Part shown: positions 1-10,079 of the stretch, piece by piece
Layout of the letters: each line of letters begins with the position of its first letter
How positions within the stretch are numbered: the stretch's first letter is position 1
NCBI GenBank assembly: GCA_003550725.1
Contig: PUKZ01000191.1
Span: forward strand, 18,636-82,635
Length of the DNA: 64,000 nt
Reading direction: 5' to 3'
DNA from: Bacteroidales bacterium
Lineage (GTDB): Bacteria > Bacteroidota > Bacteroidia > Bacteroidales > UBA7960
The notes under the pieces: model-generated
What the model saw: only the letters and a program-made list of their open reading frames with translations
Databases searched by the model: none
What the model was told of the DNA's origin: nothing
Made by a program: the position numbers and the translations under genes

Positions 1-1681
1 TATCGGCATACATTATAACTTTGCTGTTAAGGTTTCTGGCTGCTCTTCCCGAAGTTTGTATAAGTGATCGTTCTGATCTCAGGAATCCTTCCTTGTCTGC
101 ATCGAGTATTGCTACTAATGATACTTCAGGCAGGTCAAGCCCTTCTCTTAAAAGATTTACACCAACAAGTACATCAATATTGCCAAGGCGCAGGTCGCGA
201 AGAGTTTCTACACGTTCAACGGTATCTATATCGGAGTGAATATATTTGCATTTTATGTCTGCTTTGGTAATATATTTTGCCAGCTCTTCTGTCATACGTT
301 TTGTTAAAGTTGTGACTAATACCCTTTCATTGCTACTAATTCTTATATTAATTTCTTCGAGCAAATCATCAATTTGGTTAGTACTTGGCCTGACATCAAT
401 TGGTGGTTCAAGCAAACCGGTTGGCCTGATAAGCTGTTCAACTACAATTCCTTCGCTTTTATTCAATTCGTAATCAGCAGGTGTAGCGCTAATAAAAATT
501 GCCTGGTTGATTACCTGTTCAAATTCTTCAAATTTTAAAGGGCGGTTATCCAAAGCTGAGGGCAATCTGAAGCCGTATTCCACAAGTGTTTGCTTTCGAG
601 AACGGTCTCCACCATACATGGCATGAATTTGTGGTACAGTTGCATGGCTTTCATCAATGACTATTAGGTAGTCATCAGGAAAATAGTCCAGCAGACAAAA
701 AGGCCTGGCTCCCGGTTTGCGGTTATCAAAATAACGTGAATAATTTTCAATCCCCGAGCAATATCCTAACTCCCTTAGCATTTCCAGGTCATAATTAACC
801 CTGTCTTCAAGTCTTTTTGCTTCGGTATGTGCTCCTATATCATTGAAATATTCCAACTGCTTTACAAGATCATCTTGTATGTTACGAATAGCTGAATTCA
901 TTTGATCTTTAGAGGTTACAAAAATGTTTGCGGGATAAATAGCTATGTCATTAAAGGTATCTATACGCTGACCTGATATAGGATTTATCATTTCCAGGGC
1001 TTCAATTTCATCGCCCCAAAATATTATCCGGTATGCATTATCTGAGTATGCGGGGAAAACGTCTACCGTATCACCTCTAACTCTAAAGCTGCCTCTTTTA
1101 AATTCAGCCTCTGTCCTTTGATGAAGGCTCTCAACAAGCTTGTGTAGCAGTTTATTGCGACTTATTTTCTGTCCGGTATGCAGCCTGGTAACATTGGCAT
1201 TAAAGTCATCAGGATTTCCAATTCCATAGATACATGATACCGAACTTACCACAATAACATCTCTTCTGCCTGATAGCAGGGCACTGGAAGCACTCAAACG
1301 AAGCTTTTCAATTTCTTCGTTAATAGACAAGTCTTTTTCTATATAAGTGTTTGTTGTGGGCAGGTAAGCCTCCGGTTGATAATAATCGTAATAAGATACA
1401 AAATATTCTACCGCATTATTCGGAAAAAAGTGTTTAAATTCTCCGTATAATTGTGCAGCAAGGGTTTTGTTGTGGCTTAATATTAATGTTGGTCGTTGTG
1501 TTTTTTCTATTACATTGGCTATGGTAAAAGTTTTGCCCGAACCGGTCACCCCGAGAAGCGTCTGAAAAGGGTTTTTGCTTTCAATACCACTTACCAGTTG
1601 ATTAATGGCTTCCGGTTGATCGCCTGTAGGTTCAAAATCAGATACAAGCCTAAAACCAATATTTTTATTGTTACCACACAT
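1..1681 (-). CDS. uvrB: Excinuclease ABC subunit B (UvrB), N-terminal ~560 codons; 3' end lies beyond position 1
   Basis: Absent from the ORF track because it is open at the window edge. My translation of the minus strand from the ATG at 1681-1679 gives [35 protein letters not shown]...[65 protein letters not shown]...[17 protein letters not shown]. It has the Walker A motif GVTGSGKT and the UvrB-typical [10 protein letters not shown] segment. The frame stays open for 560 codons. Confidence 0.93.
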   Translation of the reverse strand, partial: MCGNNKNIGFRLVSDFEPTGDQPEAINQLVSGIESKNPFQTLLGVTGSGKTFTIANVIEKTQRPTLILSHNKTLAAQLYGEFKHFFPNNAVEYFVSYYDYYQPEAYLPTTNTYIEKDLSINEEIEKLRLSASSALLSGRRDVIVVSSVSCIYGIGNPDDFNANVTRLHTGQKISRNKLLHKLVESLHQRTEAEFKRGSFRVRGDTVDVFPAYSDNAYRIIFWGDEIEALEMINPISGQRIDTFNDIAIYPANIFVTSKDQMNSAIRNIQDDLVKQLEYFNDIGAHTEAKRLEDRVNYDLEMLRELGYCSGIENYSRYFDNRKPGARPFCLLDYFPDDYLIVIDESHATVPQIHAMYGGDRSRKQTLVEYGFRLPSALDNRPLKFEEFEQVINQAIFISATPADYELNKSEGIVVEQLIRPTGLLEPPIDVRPSTNQIDDLLEEINIRISSNERVLVTTLTKRMTEELAKYITKADIKCKYIHSDIDTVERVETLRDLRLGNIDVLVGVNLLREGLDLPEVSLVAILDADKEGFLRSERSLIQTSGRAARNLNSKVIMYAD

Positions 1682-2150
1682 ATCTTATTGAAAATCCTGC
1701 TCCCATGAATAATCCGGTGTGTCCTAAAATATTTAACCTCGGCATTACGTCAAGTGATAAGCTAATAGGAATTTCTTCTATTTTATAATCCAAACCCACT
1801 ATACCATCAACTCCCAGTGTAATATATGTTTTATCATCAGGAAACCAACCCCTTGGATGGTTTTCGCCATATATACCCATATGGGCTCCTAGTCCGTAGT
1901 ACCATTGCAAACCGGGAACATCAAAAGCAGTAGTATGAAATTGATACAGGCCAGTAACCAATAATCCTCCACGGTGAAAAGCTACAATGCCTTCTATTGC
2001 GTTTTCAGGCGATAAAAAATGCTTGAGATTTATTCCACTTGAAAATCCGCCGCGCAAGCCAATTCCTGTTTTGTATTCCTGCGAATTTACATTATCCGGG
2101 CTTAAAACTAACATAATAAATAGTGTTAATACTGCTATAAGCTGTCTCAT
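1671..2150 (-). CDS. Small outer-membrane beta-barrel-like protein (hypothetical)
   Basis: 159 aa with signal peptide [17 protein letters not shown]. It has Gly/aromatic-rich alternating strands and the aromatic C-terminus GFSIRYVW. It overlaps the uvrB start by 11 nt. Confidence 0.5.
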   Translation of the reverse strand: MRQLIAVLTLFIMLVLSPDNVNSQEYKTGIGLRGGFSSGINLKHFLSPENAIEGIVAFHRGGLLVTGLYQFHTTAFDVPGLQWYYGLGAHMGIYGENHPRGWFPDDKTYITLGVDGIVGLDYKIEEIPISLSLDVMPRLNILGHTGLFMGAGFSIRYVW

Positions 2151-2176
2151 CTCTAATAAATTTAAATATTTATAAA

Positions 2177-3076
2177 TTATTTTCCCATTTTAAACAATAG
2201 TTTTTTTTCTTCTTTAGTAAGGCTATCATATCCATTTTTGGATATTTTATCCAGTATTTTGTCAATTTTCTCCTGGGTTTCAATTTTTTGCTTATTATAT
2301 TCTTCATCTGTTAACGGTCTGTGTCTGTCATATTTGCTGTATTTTACACGCATTTTGGGCTTTGGTTTGAAAAGCGATTGTATCTTTTCAAATAAGGTAT
2401 TGAAAAATACACCTGTATCATGTCCTCTTTTGAGTAACATTACGTAAAGGAAACCATAAGCTGCTCCGCCGAGATGTGCTATATGCCCACCGGAATTACC
2501 TTTATCTATACTTATCAGATCAATAATTACAAAGAAAACAGCAATGTATTTTAGTCTTATTCTTCCCAGCAGTATTAATGGCAGTTGAAAATTAGGTATA
2601 TATGTTGCAATGGCAATAAAAATTGCCATAACTGAAGCTGATGCCCCTATTGCTACTGATATTTCGGCATATTCGTGAAATACAGGAAAAAAGTTATAGG
2701 ATAAAATGAAAAAAAGGCCACCAATAAGCCCCCCGATTATATATGTGCCTAATAGTCTTCTTTCACCAATATATTGGCAAAACAACCTTCCTCCTACATA
2801 AAAAACTATCATATTGAACAGAATATGAAATAAACTGAGGTGGGTAAACATATAGGTTATAACTGTCCATGGCCTTGCAACAATGATTCCAGGGTTTGAT
2901 GATATGCCCAGCCAGTGAATTATCGCTTGTGCATCAGAACTGGCAGCCATTAGAAAAAACACCAAACTTATAAGATTTGCCAGGATAAATATTCCGACAT
3001 TTACAAATATCAGCTTTGATAACATATTACCCTGCAAAAAATAGTTTTTCATTTCGTGAAACATCGACTGATGCAT
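2177..3076 (-). CDS. Rhomboid family intramembrane serine protease
   Basis: 299 aa polytopic membrane protein. It carries the catalytic Ser motif GASASVMAI and the His motif HIAHLGGAAYG. It has a Lys/Glu-rich C-terminal tail (...SLTKEEKKLLFKMGK). Confidence 0.85.
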   Translation of the reverse strand: MHQSMFHEMKNYFLQGNMLSKLIFVNVGIFILANLISLVFFLMAASSDAQAIIHWLGISSNPGIIVARPWTVITYMFTHLSLFHILFNMIVFYVGGRLFCQYIGERRLLGTYIIGGLIGGLFFILSYNFFPVFHEYAEISVAIGASASVMAIFIAIATYIPNFQLPLILLGRIRLKYIAVFFVIIDLISIDKGNSGGHIAHLGGAAYGFLYVMLLKRGHDTGVFFNTLFEKIQSLFKPKPKMRVKYSKYDRHRPLTDEEYNKQKIETQEKIDKILDKISKNGYDSLTKEEKKLLFKMGK

Positions 3077-3315
3077 AATAACTTAATTTTTTAAAACAGT
3101 AAAGTTTGACAACAACAAAATTTTTTAACGGATTACAAACAATTATATTTTAAGTAATCTCAATAACTAAAACAATTAAAACCTGCCTGGAAAGTTTTTG
3201 TTGGACAATTAAATGTTTTTTAAATTTATTATTTGTTTTTTTACTTGTTGCAATGCTTTTTCACAATACTTTACTTTTAAACTAATTTTTTATTAATGAT
3301 TTTGGAAGATTATCA

Positions 3316-4158
3316 TTAATATAAATTTCCTTTTCTACTCCAATATTTTATCATCAGATAGCCAAAAAGCATACCGCCAAGATGTGCAAAGTGGGCAATA
3401 TTTCCACGCCCTCCTGTAATACCGAAGTATAATTCCAAAGCTCCGAATATCATTACAAAATACTTGGCTTTTATAGGAATAGCAAAAAACAGGTATATAT
3501 AGGTATTAGGAAACATCATTCCAAATGCAAGCAAAATTCCAAATACAGCACCTGAAGCTCCAACAACTATGTGGGCATTTAACAGGTCTACCCGGTATTG
3601 GTTCATAAAATTCACGGCTTCAACCATTGCTGCTTCTTTGTTGTTTAGTTGCATTAATTTGTTATATTCACTTGCAAAATCCTGGTAGTATCTTTGCATC
3701 TCGGTGCTAACGATCATAAAATGTTCAGAATTTAAAAACAGCTGTAATTTATCGTGTGAGGGATCAGCAACAAATTCATTTATTGCCTGGAGAGTTGGTA
3801 TCATTTGCAAATACATCACACCGTAATGAATAATAGCAGCTCCTATGCCTGTTACAAAATAATATTTTAAAAAGCGTTTGGGCCCCCATACATTTTCAAG
3901 TACATTGCCAAACATCCATAGGGCAAACATGTTAAAAAACAGGTGGGTGAATCCACCATGCATAAACATATATGTTATAAACTGGTATGGCTCAAAATTA
4001 GTGGCACCGATAAAATGAAGCCCCAGCACTTTATAAAGATCAATATTGAAGGTATTTAAAAATGAAATAGTAGCCAGGAAAGCCAGTCCATTAATTATCA
4101 AAAGGTTTTTTACAACGGGTGGTAATATATTAAAACCCCGGGGGCTGTATGATCTCAT
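3316..4158 (-). CDS. Rhomboid family intramembrane serine protease (second paralogue, with soluble insertion)
   Basis: 280 aa with GASGAVFG (Ser) and AHLGGMLFGY (His) motifs. A non-hydrophobic insertion of about 75 aa (QAINEFVADPSHDKLQLF...NQYRVDLLNAH) lies between TM segments. Confidence 0.85.
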   Translation of the reverse strand: MRSYSPRGFNILPPVVKNLLIINGLAFLATISFLNTFNIDLYKVLGLHFIGATNFEPYQFITYMFMHGGFTHLFFNMFALWMFGNVLENVWGPKRFLKYYFVTGIGAAIIHYGVMYLQMIPTLQAINEFVADPSHDKLQLFLNSEHFMIVSTEMQRYYQDFASEYNKLMQLNNKEAAMVEAVNFMNQYRVDLLNAHIVVGASGAVFGILLAFGMMFPNTYIYLFFAIPIKAKYFVMIFGALELYFGITGGRGNIAHFAHLGGMLFGYLMIKYWSRKGNLY

Positions 4159-4321
4159 TTTATATCTTTTTTATAACAAATAAATAATTTTATTCTTTAC
4201 TTTTCTTCCATAACTCAAATATCGGCCTTAATTAAAGAACATAATGTTATTTGCCGGTACCAGCTTACATTATCAAATAATGTATACGGTATTTAATAAT
4301 CGTAATGACAAAAATACAATT

Positions 4322-6175
4322 TTATTTAAATCTGTCACTTAACTCCTGATAACTTAGGATGAAGAGTGTGGGTTTATTGCCGGGTGATACATCAGGCATT
4401 GAGCAGGTAAAAAGTTCACCAACCAATGTGTTCATTTCTTTATCACTTAGCAATTTTCCATGTTTTATCGATTGATTTTTAGCCAATGCTCTTGAAATTT
4501 TTTTATTGATTTCAAGTTTAGGTTCTGAAAGATGTTTTTTATAGTTTTCTAACAGGTCTTCAATTAATTGGTCTATATTTTCTGTTTCTTTTACTTCGGT
4601 CGGAACAGCATTTATTACGAAAGAGTTTCCTCCAAAAGTGCTGATCTCAAATCCCAGTGCAATAGTATGTTGCAGTATTTCTTTCATCAAGCTGGCATCA
4701 GATTCAATGAGTTCAATTTTTGCGGGGTACAACAATTGCTGAGAAGAGGGTTTTTGGTTTTCGTATTTATTTAAGAATTTTTCATATAATATGCGTTCAT
4801 GAGCTCTTTGTTGGTCAATGATCATCAACCCCGATTTTACGGGTGTTAGGATATACATATTGTTTAATTGCCAGAATTTTTTTTCATTTTCACCAGGTGT
4901 TTTGTGAGATTCCTGGTTTAAATCGGACTTCAAAAAGTCTCCAAAAATATTTTTAGATCCTTGTTGATTATTCTCTTGTATTCCTGTTTTATCTACATCG
5001 GGGTAGAGGTTTTCCCAATTTTTTGGTTTTTTCCGGTCTGATAAAAACTTACTGCCGGATTTGCCGGTTTCAAAAGGGTTGTAATTTTGGTCAACTTTTA
5101 TTGTTGGAGGTATAACAGGGCGGTTTTTATCAAAAAGAACATCATCGAAAGCTGTTTCTCTTTCAAAGTCAAGAGAAGGTGAAATATTAAATTTCCCCAA
5201 GGCTCTTTTTATAGCCGACATTAATATTTTGTAAATATCAGATTCATTTTGAAATTTTATTTCTGTTTTTGTAGGGTGGACATTAATATCAATATTTGAG
5301 GGGTCAGTTTCGAGGAAAAGAAAAAAAGACGGATGAGATCCTTCCGGTATGAGTTCACTAAAAGCATTTTCGACAGCATGGTTAAGGTATGGTACTTTAA
5401 CAAATCTCTTATTTATAAAAAAGAATTGTTCACCCCTGCGTTTTTTGGCAAATTCGGGTTTACATACGAAGCCCGAAACTGAGATAATATCCGTTTTTTC
5501 TTCAACAGGTATAAGTCTTTGATTGGTATTTTTTCCAAATAATCCTGCGATTCTTTGTATAAGATTAGATTGGTCTATTTGCAGTACCAGTTTGTTATTA
5601 TAATAATACTTAAAGCCTGTTAGGGGGTTTGCCAAGGCAACTCTTACAAGTTCGTTAAATATATGTGATCTTTCTATGTTTTCAGACTTCAAAAAGTTGC
5701 GTCTGGCGGGTGTATTATAAAAAAGATTTTTTACTGCAATTGTTGTTCCTTGCGGGCATTGGCATGGATTTTGACTTTCAATAACCGAGCCTTCCACTAT
5801 AACTTCTGTGCCCAATTGCGCATCTTTGATCCGGCTTTTTAGCTCTACACGGGCAATAGATGCAATTGAGGCAAGCGCTTCACCTCTGAAGCCCATGGTT
5901 TTTATTTTAAACAAATCCGAGGCATTCTTAATTTTTGATGTTGAGTGTCGTTCAAAACACATCCTGGCATCAGTCTCAGACATGCCGGATCCGTTGTCGG
6001 TAACCTTGATAAGTGTTTTCCCACCATCTTTGATAATAATGGTAATAAGGCTTGCTTCTGCATCAATGGAATTTTCCAGTAACTCTTTAACAACTGAGGC
6101 GGGCCTCTGAATCACTTCGCCTGCAGCAATCTGGTTAGCGACAGAATCGGGTAAAAGCTTTATAATATCAGGCAT
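4322..6175 (-). CDS. mutL: DNA mismatch repair protein MutL
   Basis: 617 aa with GHKL ATPase motifs LPDSVANQIAAGEVIQRPASVVKELLENSIDA, DNGSGM and GFRGEALASI. The C-terminal dimerisation region is present. Confidence 0.95.
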   Translation of the reverse strand: MPDIIKLLPDSVANQIAAGEVIQRPASVVKELLENSIDAEASLITIIIKDGGKTLIKVTDNGSGMSETDARMCFERHSTSKIKNASDLFKIKTMGFRGEALASIASIARVELKSRIKDAQLGTEVIVEGSVIESQNPCQCPQGTTIAVKNLFYNTPARRNFLKSENIERSHIFNELVRVALANPLTGFKYYYNNKLVLQIDQSNLIQRIAGLFGKNTNQRLIPVEEKTDIISVSGFVCKPEFAKKRRGEQFFFINKRFVKVPYLNHAVENAFSELIPEGSHPSFFLFLETDPSNIDINVHPTKTEIKFQNESDIYKILMSAIKRALGKFNISPSLDFERETAFDDVLFDKNRPVIPPTIKVDQNYNPFETGKSGSKFLSDRKKPKNWENLYPDVDKTGIQENNQQGSKNIFGDFLKSDLNQESHKTPGENEKKFWQLNNMYILTPVKSGLMIIDQQRAHERILYEKFLNKYENQKPSSQQLLYPAKIELIESDASLMKEILQHTIALGFEISTFGGNSFVINAVPTEVKETENIDQLIEDLLENYKKHLSEPKLEINKKISRALAKNQSIKHGKLLSDKEMNTLVGELFTCSMPDVSPGNKPTLFILSYQELSDRFK

Positions 6176-6286
6176 TGGGCGTATTTAATAATATTTTTTT
6201 ATTTGAAAAACATACATTTTTTGCCTGTAAAATAGCAAAAATCATGTACCTGCTATACTTCTTTGGTTTTCCTGACCCGCTATCTA

Positions 6287-6562
6287 TCAAATATAAAATA
6301 TTAAGTAAACTAAAAGGAATAAAACGATTAATATAATAGTAAGTCGGCCTTTGGCTGCTGCACGTGCTTTTGTCTGTGCAGACCTCTTCCATCTGAGCTG
6401 CATACGGTCACGTAGTGCTTCTTCATATTCCTTTTTTCCCTCTTTGGCCTCTGAATAAGCTGTCTTTGAAAGTTTTTCCAGAGCTTCTTTTCGCGGATCG
6501 TAATACACAGGCTTATATCCATATTGCTTATGCTTGGGTGTTTTGAAAAATGTTATAGCCAT
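6287..6562 (-). CDS. Small C-terminally membrane-anchored protein (hypothetical), first gene of the mutL operon
   Basis: The track ORF 6287..6592 starts at a TTG. An ATG at 6562 gives MAITFFKTPKHKQYGYKPVYYDPRKE... (91 aa). It has a charged middle region and one C-terminal TM helix (LTIILIVLFLLVYLIFYI). A -7 promoter box lies 17 nt upstream of that ATG. Confidence 0.45.
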   Translation of the reverse strand: MAITFFKTPKHKQYGYKPVYYDPRKEALEKLSKTAYSEAKEGKKEYEEALRDRMQLRWKRSAQTKARAAAKGRLTIILIVLFLLVYLIFYI

Positions 6563-6579
6563 GGCTTGTTTCTTTTGTA

Positions 6580-6587
6580 CAAAGTTA
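6580..6587 (-). promoter_or_regulatory. Bacteroidota-type -7 promoter box TAACTTTG
   Basis: The plus-strand caaagtta is TAACTTTG on the minus strand, matching the TAnnTTTG consensus. It sits 17 nt upstream of the ATG at 6562. Confidence 0.35.
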
Positions 6588-6955
6588 TTCAATTAACCCG
6601 AATTTGTCAAATCTTTTGATGAAATAAGACTATAATTTCTAATCAATAGTATCAATAATAATTATTGATGGGCTGATATAATATCGAATAGACCATAAGA
6701 TTGATTTTGCTGTGATTACAAGATTTCTGACGTTAGCCTTTAATTTTTTCAAGCTGGTATAGGCAATAATTATCTTTGGGCCATAAAAGTTGTATTTAAT
6801 AACTGTTCTTTTAATTTTCGATTTTTTTGGAAATGATTTTGCTTTTTTTATAAAAAAACTTATATTTACGGTTGGATTTAAAGTGGTTAAAAAACAATAA
6901 GCCATATTGTTTAGAATAATTAATATAAATACTTATTAATCAAAAACAAAAATTT

Positions 6956-7615
6956 ATGAAGAAATTACTGTTTATTCCAATTATTGGTTTAGTTATGATG
7001 TTTTCAGGATGTCCGGCGGAAGAGGTAGAGAAGCCGGAAAAGGTTGAAAAGCATAAAAAAGGTAAAGTTGCTGTACTGGTAGGTGAGGGCTTCCATGATG
7101 GTGAAGCTTATATGCCAATTGGTTATTTAACTAATATGAAGTTTCATACACTTGTAATTGGGCCTGAAAGAGGTATAGTAGAAGCCTATAACTCTGATTT
7201 TACGATCAAAATTCATAAGGGTGTAGATGAAGTCTCTGTTGATTATTTTGATGCATTAATACTTCCGGGCGGTGAAGCTCCTTCTAAGTTAAGAGAGAAC
7301 GAAAAAGTAGTTGATTTTGTAAGAGAGTTTTACAAAACAGGCAAAACAGTTGCAGCAATTTGTCATGGGCCACAGGTACTAATCACTGCAGGAGTTATGG
7401 AGGGTAAAACAGCAACAGGTTTTGAGGGCATAAAAGACGAGCTGGAAGAGGCCGGAGTTGAGTATAAAGACGAGGCGGTAGTTATAGATGGCAATATTAT
7501 TACTTCAAGAACACCTCCTGACTTATATGATTTCAGCCGTGCTATTGCAAAAAGCATTAAGCCAGAAGACTGGAAAAAAGAAAAGGTAGATAAAAAGGAG
7601 AAAAAAAAGAAATGA
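6956..7615 (+). CDS. DJ-1/PfpI family protein (type 1 glutamine amidotransferase-like) with lipoprotein signal peptide
   Basis: 219 aa with lipobox MKKLLFIPIIGLVMMFSGC. It has the nucleophile elbow AAICHGPQVL and LILPGGEAP. The C-terminus is a poly-Lys tail, KKEKVDKKEKKKK. Confidence 0.85.
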   Translation: MKKLLFIPIIGLVMMFSGCPAEEVEKPEKVEKHKKGKVAVLVGEGFHDGEAYMPIGYLTNMKFHTLVIGPERGIVEAYNSDFTIKIHKGVDEVSVDYFDALILPGGEAPSKLRENEKVVDFVREFYKTGKTVAAICHGPQVLITAGVMEGKTATGFEGIKDELEEAGVEYKDEAVVIDGNIITSRTPPDLYDFSRAIAKSIKPEDWKKEKVDKKEKKKK

Positions 7616-7673
7616 TGATAGTAAAGTAATTATTTAGTAATTAGTTTATTTGATATTTCGATTGTTATAAATT

Positions 7674-7733
7674 AAACCATTAAGCCACAGGCAGACCAAG
7701 TGTTGCGCCTTGGTGGTTTAATGGTTTTTTTAG
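7674..7733 (+). terminator. Rho-independent terminator
   Basis: A 15-bp stem pairs aaaccattaagccac (7674-7688) with gtggtttaatggttt (7713-7727), including one G-U pair. A T7 run follows. Confidence 0.75.
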
Positions 7734-7773
7734 TTAAGTGTCTTGGCTTGCAAATTAATACAAGTTATTAATA

Positions 7774-8181
7774 ATGTTTATCAACAGCATTACAATATAT
7801 CATTTTCTTGATTGGTTTTTTCTTATTTTTCATTTTCCCCTGATAATATTTATCTTGTTTGGGTGGGTATTCAAATCATTGCGACCATATAATCTTATAG
7901 TAATAATTCTCACCTTTGCATCATGGACTTTGTTGGGTATTTGGTATGGCTTCGGGTATTGCCCGTTTACAGATTGGCACTGGCAGGTATTGTGGGAAAT
8001 GGGTCATACCGGTTTGCCGGCTTCTTATGTCAGCTATCTTTTTCAAAGAATACTCAACGTTGAACTGTCACAAACTTTTGTAGATTGGTTGACAGGAGGT
8101 TTGGCCGTAATGGCTTTTATTATATCTTTGGTGCTAAATATTCGTGATTTTATATATAAAAGAATACAAAAACAGGTATAA
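7774..8181 (+). CDS. Small integral membrane protein (possibly DUF2784-like)
   Basis: 135 aa with four predicted TM helices. The GYCPFTDWHWQVLWE motif resembles the CPLT motif I recall for DUF2784. The family assignment is from memory only. Confidence 0.55.
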   Translation: MFINSITIYHFLDWFFLIFHFPLIIFILFGWVFKSLRPYNLIVIILTFASWTLLGIWYGFGYCPFTDWHWQVLWEMGHTGLPASYVSYLFQRILNVELSQTFVDWLTGGLAVMAFIISLVLNIRDFIYKRIQKQV

Positions 8182-8255
8182 TCCGATTAAGACTTAAATT
8201 CCACAATTTTTATAATTTTTTCTAGTAATTTCATATAATTATTTAAGATAGCACT

Positions 8256-8633
8256 ATGACAAAAGAGATAAAACTTAGCAAAAAGATTAAAGCTACTCCT
8301 GAAGAGATTTTCACAGCGATTACTAATCCACTTACTATTGAATTATGGACAGGTATGCCTGCGAAAGTTGAACTTGAGCCCGGGGGTAATTTTAGTATGC
8401 TTGACGGAGAAATTTCCGGAAAAATTGTAGATTTTGAACATAACCAAAAACTTGTACAGTTGTGGAGCTTTGGTGAGGAAAACGAACCATCGCTTGTCAG
8501 TATTGAATTGAAAAAAGATAAAAATAATACCATTATTACAGTTCATCAGAATAATATCCCCAAAGAAGCTTATGAAAATATGGTGGAAGGATGGAAAGGT
8601 GTTATTTTTAAAGGTTTGGCGGATTTTTTCTAA
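8256..8633 (+). CDS. SRPBCC/AHSA1-like domain protein
   Basis: 125 aa. The N-terminus KIKATPEEIFTAITNPLTIELWTG... and the overall size fit the Aha1/START-like SRPBCC fold family. Confidence 0.65.
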   Translation: MTKEIKLSKKIKATPEEIFTAITNPLTIELWTGMPAKVELEPGGNFSMLDGEISGKIVDFEHNQKLVQLWSFGEENEPSLVSIELKKDKNNTIITVHQNNIPKEAYENMVEGWKGVIFKGLADFF

Positions 8634-8725
8634 ATAATAATGACTTTATTCTCGCATATATATCAATTCACCTGTTATTATAGTGGTTTTGATTAATTAT
8701 TAAAATGTGTTGCTAAGTAATCTTA

Positions 8726-9739
8726 TTATGGTTTATATCTTGACTTAACCAGGATATTTTCAGCATCAGTTTTATGAATAAGTTCATTTAATTCTACATC
8801 ACTGTTTCTTCTCATGTATTCTCTTACAATTTGCCAGCCGATCCATACAGCTACCCTGGGTGGTGATTTTCTGGAAAAAGCTGCTGTGAAAGGGGCGTCT
8901 GTAATAAAATTATTTATTTTGCTTCTGTTAGATGAAAACAAAAGCTCATTGTTAAGAATATAGCTCCATACATGGCCCTGGTTATGCTTCATCCATTTTT
9001 CCTGCTTTGATGTGTAAGCAATTTTTATAGTGTCGTGAGTGTGTGGCATCATACAATCAAGAAAATAAAGCTTAATACCCTTATATATCATATGTTCAAT
9101 AAGGGTTTCAGGGTTGAAATTATTCTCAGTTTTATTCTTTGCTATGGTATAAATTACATCCCTGGTAATAAATTCAGGTGAGCGTTTCATAAGTTGATAT
9201 TTTGGTATCCCAATTTTGGTATATTTTTTAAAGTCTTCTCCAAGATAGGTGTCAAGTGCAATAGCAAGGTTTTGGCGGTTATATTTAATAGGATTAGATA
9301 TATCCAGGCCTGAGACATATGAGTATGTTTCGGGAATTTCATTTTCGGGGAAATGATAGCTGTAATAAGTGAAAGCTTCAGTAAGTTCTTCTTCGAGATT
9401 GTTCAAATCCGGGAAAATAATCATAGTTTCATTATAAAGATCTATTATTGCCGGATCAGTTATGTAATCGTATAACTGTCTTTTAGCCAACGGATTGTCA
9501 ATTTCATCACCAAGGAAGAATTTATATTTTTCTATATATGGGTCTAATTCTTGTCGCAACTTAAAAGGATTGATATTAAAAAGCACTTTTTCAAACCTGT
9601 TAATTTGCAACGGCTCAATCTCAATATCAGAAACATCTGCCTCATAAGGCAACTTTCTTAATGATTTAGTATAAATAACAACAAACACTATTGCCGATAT
9701 TAATAATAAACCAATTAATATGTATGTTTTTCTTTTCAT
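8726..9739 (-). CDS. gldB: Gliding-motility protein GldB-like (DUF2268-type fold)
   Basis: 337 aa with an N-terminal membrane anchor. The C-terminal pattern FITDAPFTAAFSRKSPPRVAVWIGWQIVREYMRRNSDVELNELIHKTDAENILVKSRYKP matches my recollection of Flavobacterium GldB (...SPGRVG-WIGWQIV-SYM-NN-VSL..LL...A..IF..S-YKP). Confidence 0.65.
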   Translation of the reverse strand: MKRKTYILIGLLLISAIVFVVIYTKSLRKLPYEADVSDIEIEPLQINRFEKVLFNINPFKLRQELDPYIEKYKFFLGDEIDNPLAKRQLYDYITDPAIIDLYNETMIIFPDLNNLEEELTEAFTYYSYHFPENEIPETYSYVSGLDISNPIKYNRQNLAIALDTYLGEDFKKYTKIGIPKYQLMKRSPEFITRDVIYTIAKNKTENNFNPETLIEHMIYKGIKLYFLDCMMPHTHDTIKIAYTSKQEKWMKHNQGHVWSYILNNELLFSSNRSKINNFITDAPFTAAFSRKSPPRVAVWIGWQIVREYMRRNSDVELNELIHKTDAENILVKSRYKP

Positions 9740-9750
9740 CTGAATAAGTT

Positions 9751-9940
9751 GTGGTTATTAAGCTGTTTTACAATGATTTACATTTTTATGTTTAGATATT
9801 TAATTTTTTAGTGACGGGTAATTCCGAAAAAACCGGGATTTTGTTGCCACTAAAAGAGTAACTGACCTGACCCGTCCTAAATTTTACCTGTCACACCCGT
9901 CACTCGTTACCCGTTACCATTATGTGCTACCGCTAAGTTC
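9751..9940 (+). repeat. Intergenic repeat element, copy A (leader block + GTGACGGGTAA box + A-loop hairpin + GTYACYC heptamer run)
   Basis: The leader block is 9751-9807. The GTGACGGGTAA box is at 9811-9821. The hairpin is AATTCCG/aaaaaac/CGGGATT at 9820-9840. Heptamers gtcactc gttaccc gttacca occupy 9899-9919 and TACCGCTA is at 9928-9935. A 10-bp perfect long-range complement pairs 9810-9819 (agtgacgggt) with 9895-9904 (acccgtcact). Confidence 0.7.
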
Positions 9941-10079
9941 ATACTCTTTTGTTCACCTTTGCCGGATAAAGGCTTCATATAAGTATAACTCTTTTATTAA
10001 CACATGTCTAACGTAAAAATTTATTGTAAATATATTATAAAAGCATTTTTTCTTATACTTTTTTTGGCAAAATTTTTTC

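Noticed and set aside
6639-6905. 88-aa Lys/Ile-rich ORF in the spacer between the mutL operon and the DJ-1 gene.
   Set aside because: Its composition simply reflects AT-rich DNA. It has no promoter box or motifs, and it occupies what is most likely a divergent promoter region.
9788-9811. Mini-ORF MFRYLIF-stop at the start of the repeat (MFRYLFF... in copy C, MFIYFNYL in copy D), and an LVTGN(S/L/P)(E/G)K frame through the GTGACGGG box.
   Set aside because: The copies differ by indels (A6/A4/A5 loop and others) that shift every frame, and stop positions differ. Conservation is at the nucleotide and structure level, not the peptide level.
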